Source: Moniliella sp. 'wahieum' (lineage: Eukaryota). From it: a DNA stretch of 64,000 nt. The stretch lies in NCBI GenBank assembly GCA_003971905.1, contig RSEE01000029.1, positions 124,001 to 188,000 of the forward strand. Reading direction: 5' to 3'. The translations under genes were made by a program, and so were the position numbers. Under the pieces are notes generated by a model. That model saw only the letters and a list, made by a program, of their open reading frames with translations. It ran no database searches and was not told where the DNA came from. Shown here piece after piece: positions 61,171 through 64,000 of the stretch (its first letter is position 1; each line of letters begins with the position of its first letter).

Positions 61171-61622
61171 GATGGGGCAACACGTAACGAGGCGGTTCCG
61201 CCAAACCTCACCTCGATCACCCTCAATAGGGCTACACTAAAAAGGCATGCCGAGCTGAGAGCTCCTTATCGGATACCCACACCTGCGGTTCCTCGGAAGC
61301 TGGACGAAACATCACTTTCAGGGAGGGGCAGTGCCAGTGACATGGTGGTGTGCGAGAGAGAAAACTCAACTTGACCCGCATTGAACGTCTATACGATCTT
61401 AGGCCTCGATCTTTTCCAAAGAGATCGTAATCGTGCTGAACATGCACCGTCTTTTTCACGCTGCTACGCTTGCTATAACACGCAGGATTCTTGGCTTTTG
61501 ATAATAGGCGTACGCCTCCTGAGTGACTAAGACCCTTTCCTCTCAGGTCCAAATGATACCTGAGCCCGACCTATGCGTGGAGGGGGTTGTGCCTCACACA
61601 ACATTGTCGAACTGCAAAAAGG

Positions 61623-61716
61623 ATCTCCCCTGGAGTCGAACCCAGGACATTCAGAGCGGAATTACTTCCAACTAGCCGATTACAATCTGACGCTCTTCCA
61701 ACTGAGCTAAGGAGAG
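61623..61716 (-). tRNA. tRNA-Tyr(GTA) with intron (T and acceptor stems slightly irregular)
   Basis: CTCTCCT-TA-GCTCAGTTGGAAGAGC-G-TCAGA-TT-GTA-A[intron]..TCTGA...GGTTCGACTCC, followed by TTTTT; 3' end appears to lack 1-2 nt. Confidence 0.85.
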
Positions 61717-62132
61717 GGACAAGTGGATTGGAAGACTATGGTAGGCAGTAGTGACATGAGGACAGGAAATGTCTTTCTTGGCAAGATATACGACAGAACA
61801 TGGACATAGCTAGCGGTATTGGCGATGGGCAGTGCCAGAGCCAATGGGGAGCTAGACCATTGGGATGCGAGAGGCTCCGAAGATCTGGAACGTGCAACAG
61901 GCCTTGGGTGTGCGGGCTCGGGTGTGTTGAAACTGAGGCTCTGGACTTCTGGTGGCCAAAATAATAAGGGAGGTGTTGCTGAGGAGAGGAAACATGGGCG
62001 AAAGGGGCGCGATTAACATTTTGGAATAGAGGGACCTTTCAGTCACTATATAGCCACAGTCTTGGTAAGAGCAAACGATTCCAGACGCTTATGTTTTCAT
62101 AACTCCAATGACTTCTGTCCCAGATGGCCCCC

Positions 62133-63733
62133 TCAAGGGAGAGAGCTTGCGACGAACAATACAGGGTAAATACCCGAGACCATGACGAGACCCATGTTGG
62201 CGGCCATCCACGCGAAAAGGTAGACGAAGCCGAATGAACCCCAGGCAGTACGATGTGGTTTGCCCTCGGAATTGATGGGCTGGTCTTGAGCTTGTTCGCC
62301 TTTGGTCAATAGTGCGGCAGAAACGAGCGGGCCGGCGATGGCAGAAAGTCCCTTGATGACTGGTAACAGCATAATTCCCCCAGCTGGAGTTGATGATTGG
62401 CGGGCGATCTCCCCAGCACTATATTACAACATGCCGTGGTTAGCTGAGCTGGGACGTAAAAAAGAAAAGGTACGTACGAAGTGCCCCAGGTGGAAGAATA
62501 GGATCCAGCTGTAGCGCCCAACACAATCGTCGCCACGATGATGGAAGCCAGGTGCGAGTCAAGCCCGAAGAGGGTGGCAGTGAAGAGACACGAGATACCT
62601 CCCACGACAACCGTGATAATCGCGTAATCACCTTTATCGCACCCGTACCCAATGACGGGCTGGCCAAAGAACATGGCGGCATTAAGAATGGCTACTCCAC
62701 CCACCGACCTCATGTTGGAGTAGCCTGCCATACGGATGTACTGGGCAAGGTAAAGTGTCAGGCTGACATACCCGCTCCCCAGAGCAAAATTAGCCAAACC
62801 TGTTACAAGAAAGAGGGGGGTAGCCATAAAACGGAGTTGTTTGATCCTGGAAAGCACCTGCCCTTCTTTGGAAGCCGCACCTCGTGCCGGCGCGCGAAGG
62901 GGTAAGCGCGGACGGAGAAACAATGCGCTAGCAAAGCCTCCTAAGCCTGTGACCAGTGCCCAGATCCGCAGTGCCCAATGGTAGCCCAACTCATCGAGGA
63001 GAGCTTGGTAAAAGAAAGGATAGACCAGTCCGCCGATCGCTGAGCCAGAAAAAATGATGCCGGAAGCAAGACCGCGACGGCGATCAAACCACTGGGGCAG
63101 CCAGCACATAACAGGGGTGAAGGCAAATCCATGACCCAGACCGCTGAGTACACCGTTGAGCCAAATCAACTGATTTGGGGAGGTAAAAGCTGGCCCCAAT
63201 CAAGGAGACCACAGCGATTGTCACAGCCCCCAAAGTGAGCCACCGACTATGCTCGGGGAAGGTCCGGTACAGGGCGTAGGCTGGCAAACCAATCAGGTAG
63301 GAAGCTGCATTGAAGCTCATGCCGATCGAGGAGATGGTAACAGCGGATGCTCGGAATTGAACAGAGTAGTAGCTTTGGAAGGTTCCCACGTTGCCAAAGT
63401 TGGGCGCCCATAGAGTCAGCTCTGATACCCATGCCCACCACAGAAAAGCCCACGCTGCTACGCCTCCATCCACAGGGGGTAATTGCCCTCCTTCCCTCAT
63501 TTCCGAATCCGGAGGGATGGGAATGCGGGTAGACCGGGCTCTTTTGAGTGTTCCTCTGCACTTTTCTGGCCCCTTACCTTTAAACCCAGTTCGGGAAGGG
63601 CTACTGGCGCTGGATCTTTGCAAGCGAGGTCGAACTTGGTGTCTGCTTCGGTGGGGGATGCAACCGAGATGTCTGTGTGCCATTGGTGTTGCGATCGGGC
63701 ACCCATAACATCCAGTTTAATGGGCTCGGCCAT
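62133..63733 (-). CDS. MFS transporter, monocarboxylate porter (Mch-like) family
   Basis: PPVDGGVAAWAFL...GTFQSYY, GVLSGLGHG...WLPQWFDRRRGLASGIIFSGSAIGG...LGYHWALRIW; many transmembrane segments; intron near 62420-62480. Confidence 0.9.
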
Positions 63734-64000
63734 GGTTGCAGGCCGTAATGAGCGAAGTGTCGTGGCTGTGAGAGGCTCGGTTTAAGAGGCGTGGCGGGAG
63801 AGATATGGTGAAAAGGCCTGACTGTTATTCCCGAGTATTTTATACCCCCGCACCGTGTCAAAGGCTGCAACCATTACAATGTTCAAACTATTCACCCCGG
63901 TCTCAGATACTGATCTCAACCGTGTTTGACACCTCCAATTGGATCTACCCGAGCACCTCCCGCTAAAAGTAGCACCGCAGGTTCCAGTCCAGAACCCTTC

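Noticed and set aside
61623..61650. tRNA-Tyr as a pseudogene because of imperfect T and acceptor stems
   Set aside because: Defects are 1-2 nt indels in G/C runs, consistent with the window-wide error pattern; A/B boxes and terminator are intact.

Overview
GC-rich, intron-containing fungal genomic DNA. Gene content and protein features suggest a basidiomycete, probably smut-like (Ustilaginomycotina); this assignment is inference. Almost every gene is broken by 1-nt frameshifts, most simply explained by uncorrected assembly indels, so CDS boundaries are approximate. Recognisable genes in order: BRCT protein (Rad4/Cut5/Dpb11-like, partial), tRNA-Asn, prephenate dehydratase apparently lacking its ACT domain, a CRAL-TRIO + IML2/TTC39 fusion, an AGC kinase, a Caf120/Skg3-like PH protein, Bos1 SNARE, a uracil-5-carboxylate decarboxylase-like amidohydrolase, a C2H2 transcription factor, two tandem paralogous HD2 (bW-like) homeodomain genes in a ~15-kb gene-poor island, a forkhead factor, a CIA30 + PIG-P fusion, an orphan protein, epsin, aldehyde dehydrogenase, a Gly-rich protein, tRNA-Tyr and an MFS transporter. 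The most unusual signals are: (1) a family of 7-bp-period intergenic arrays built from many different A-NNNN-T palindromes plus one spacer base, concentrated upstream of genes; (2) the head-to-tail HD2 pair with no intact HD1 partner; (3) two in-frame domain fusions; and (4) a ~220-bp dispersed repeat present in three copies.
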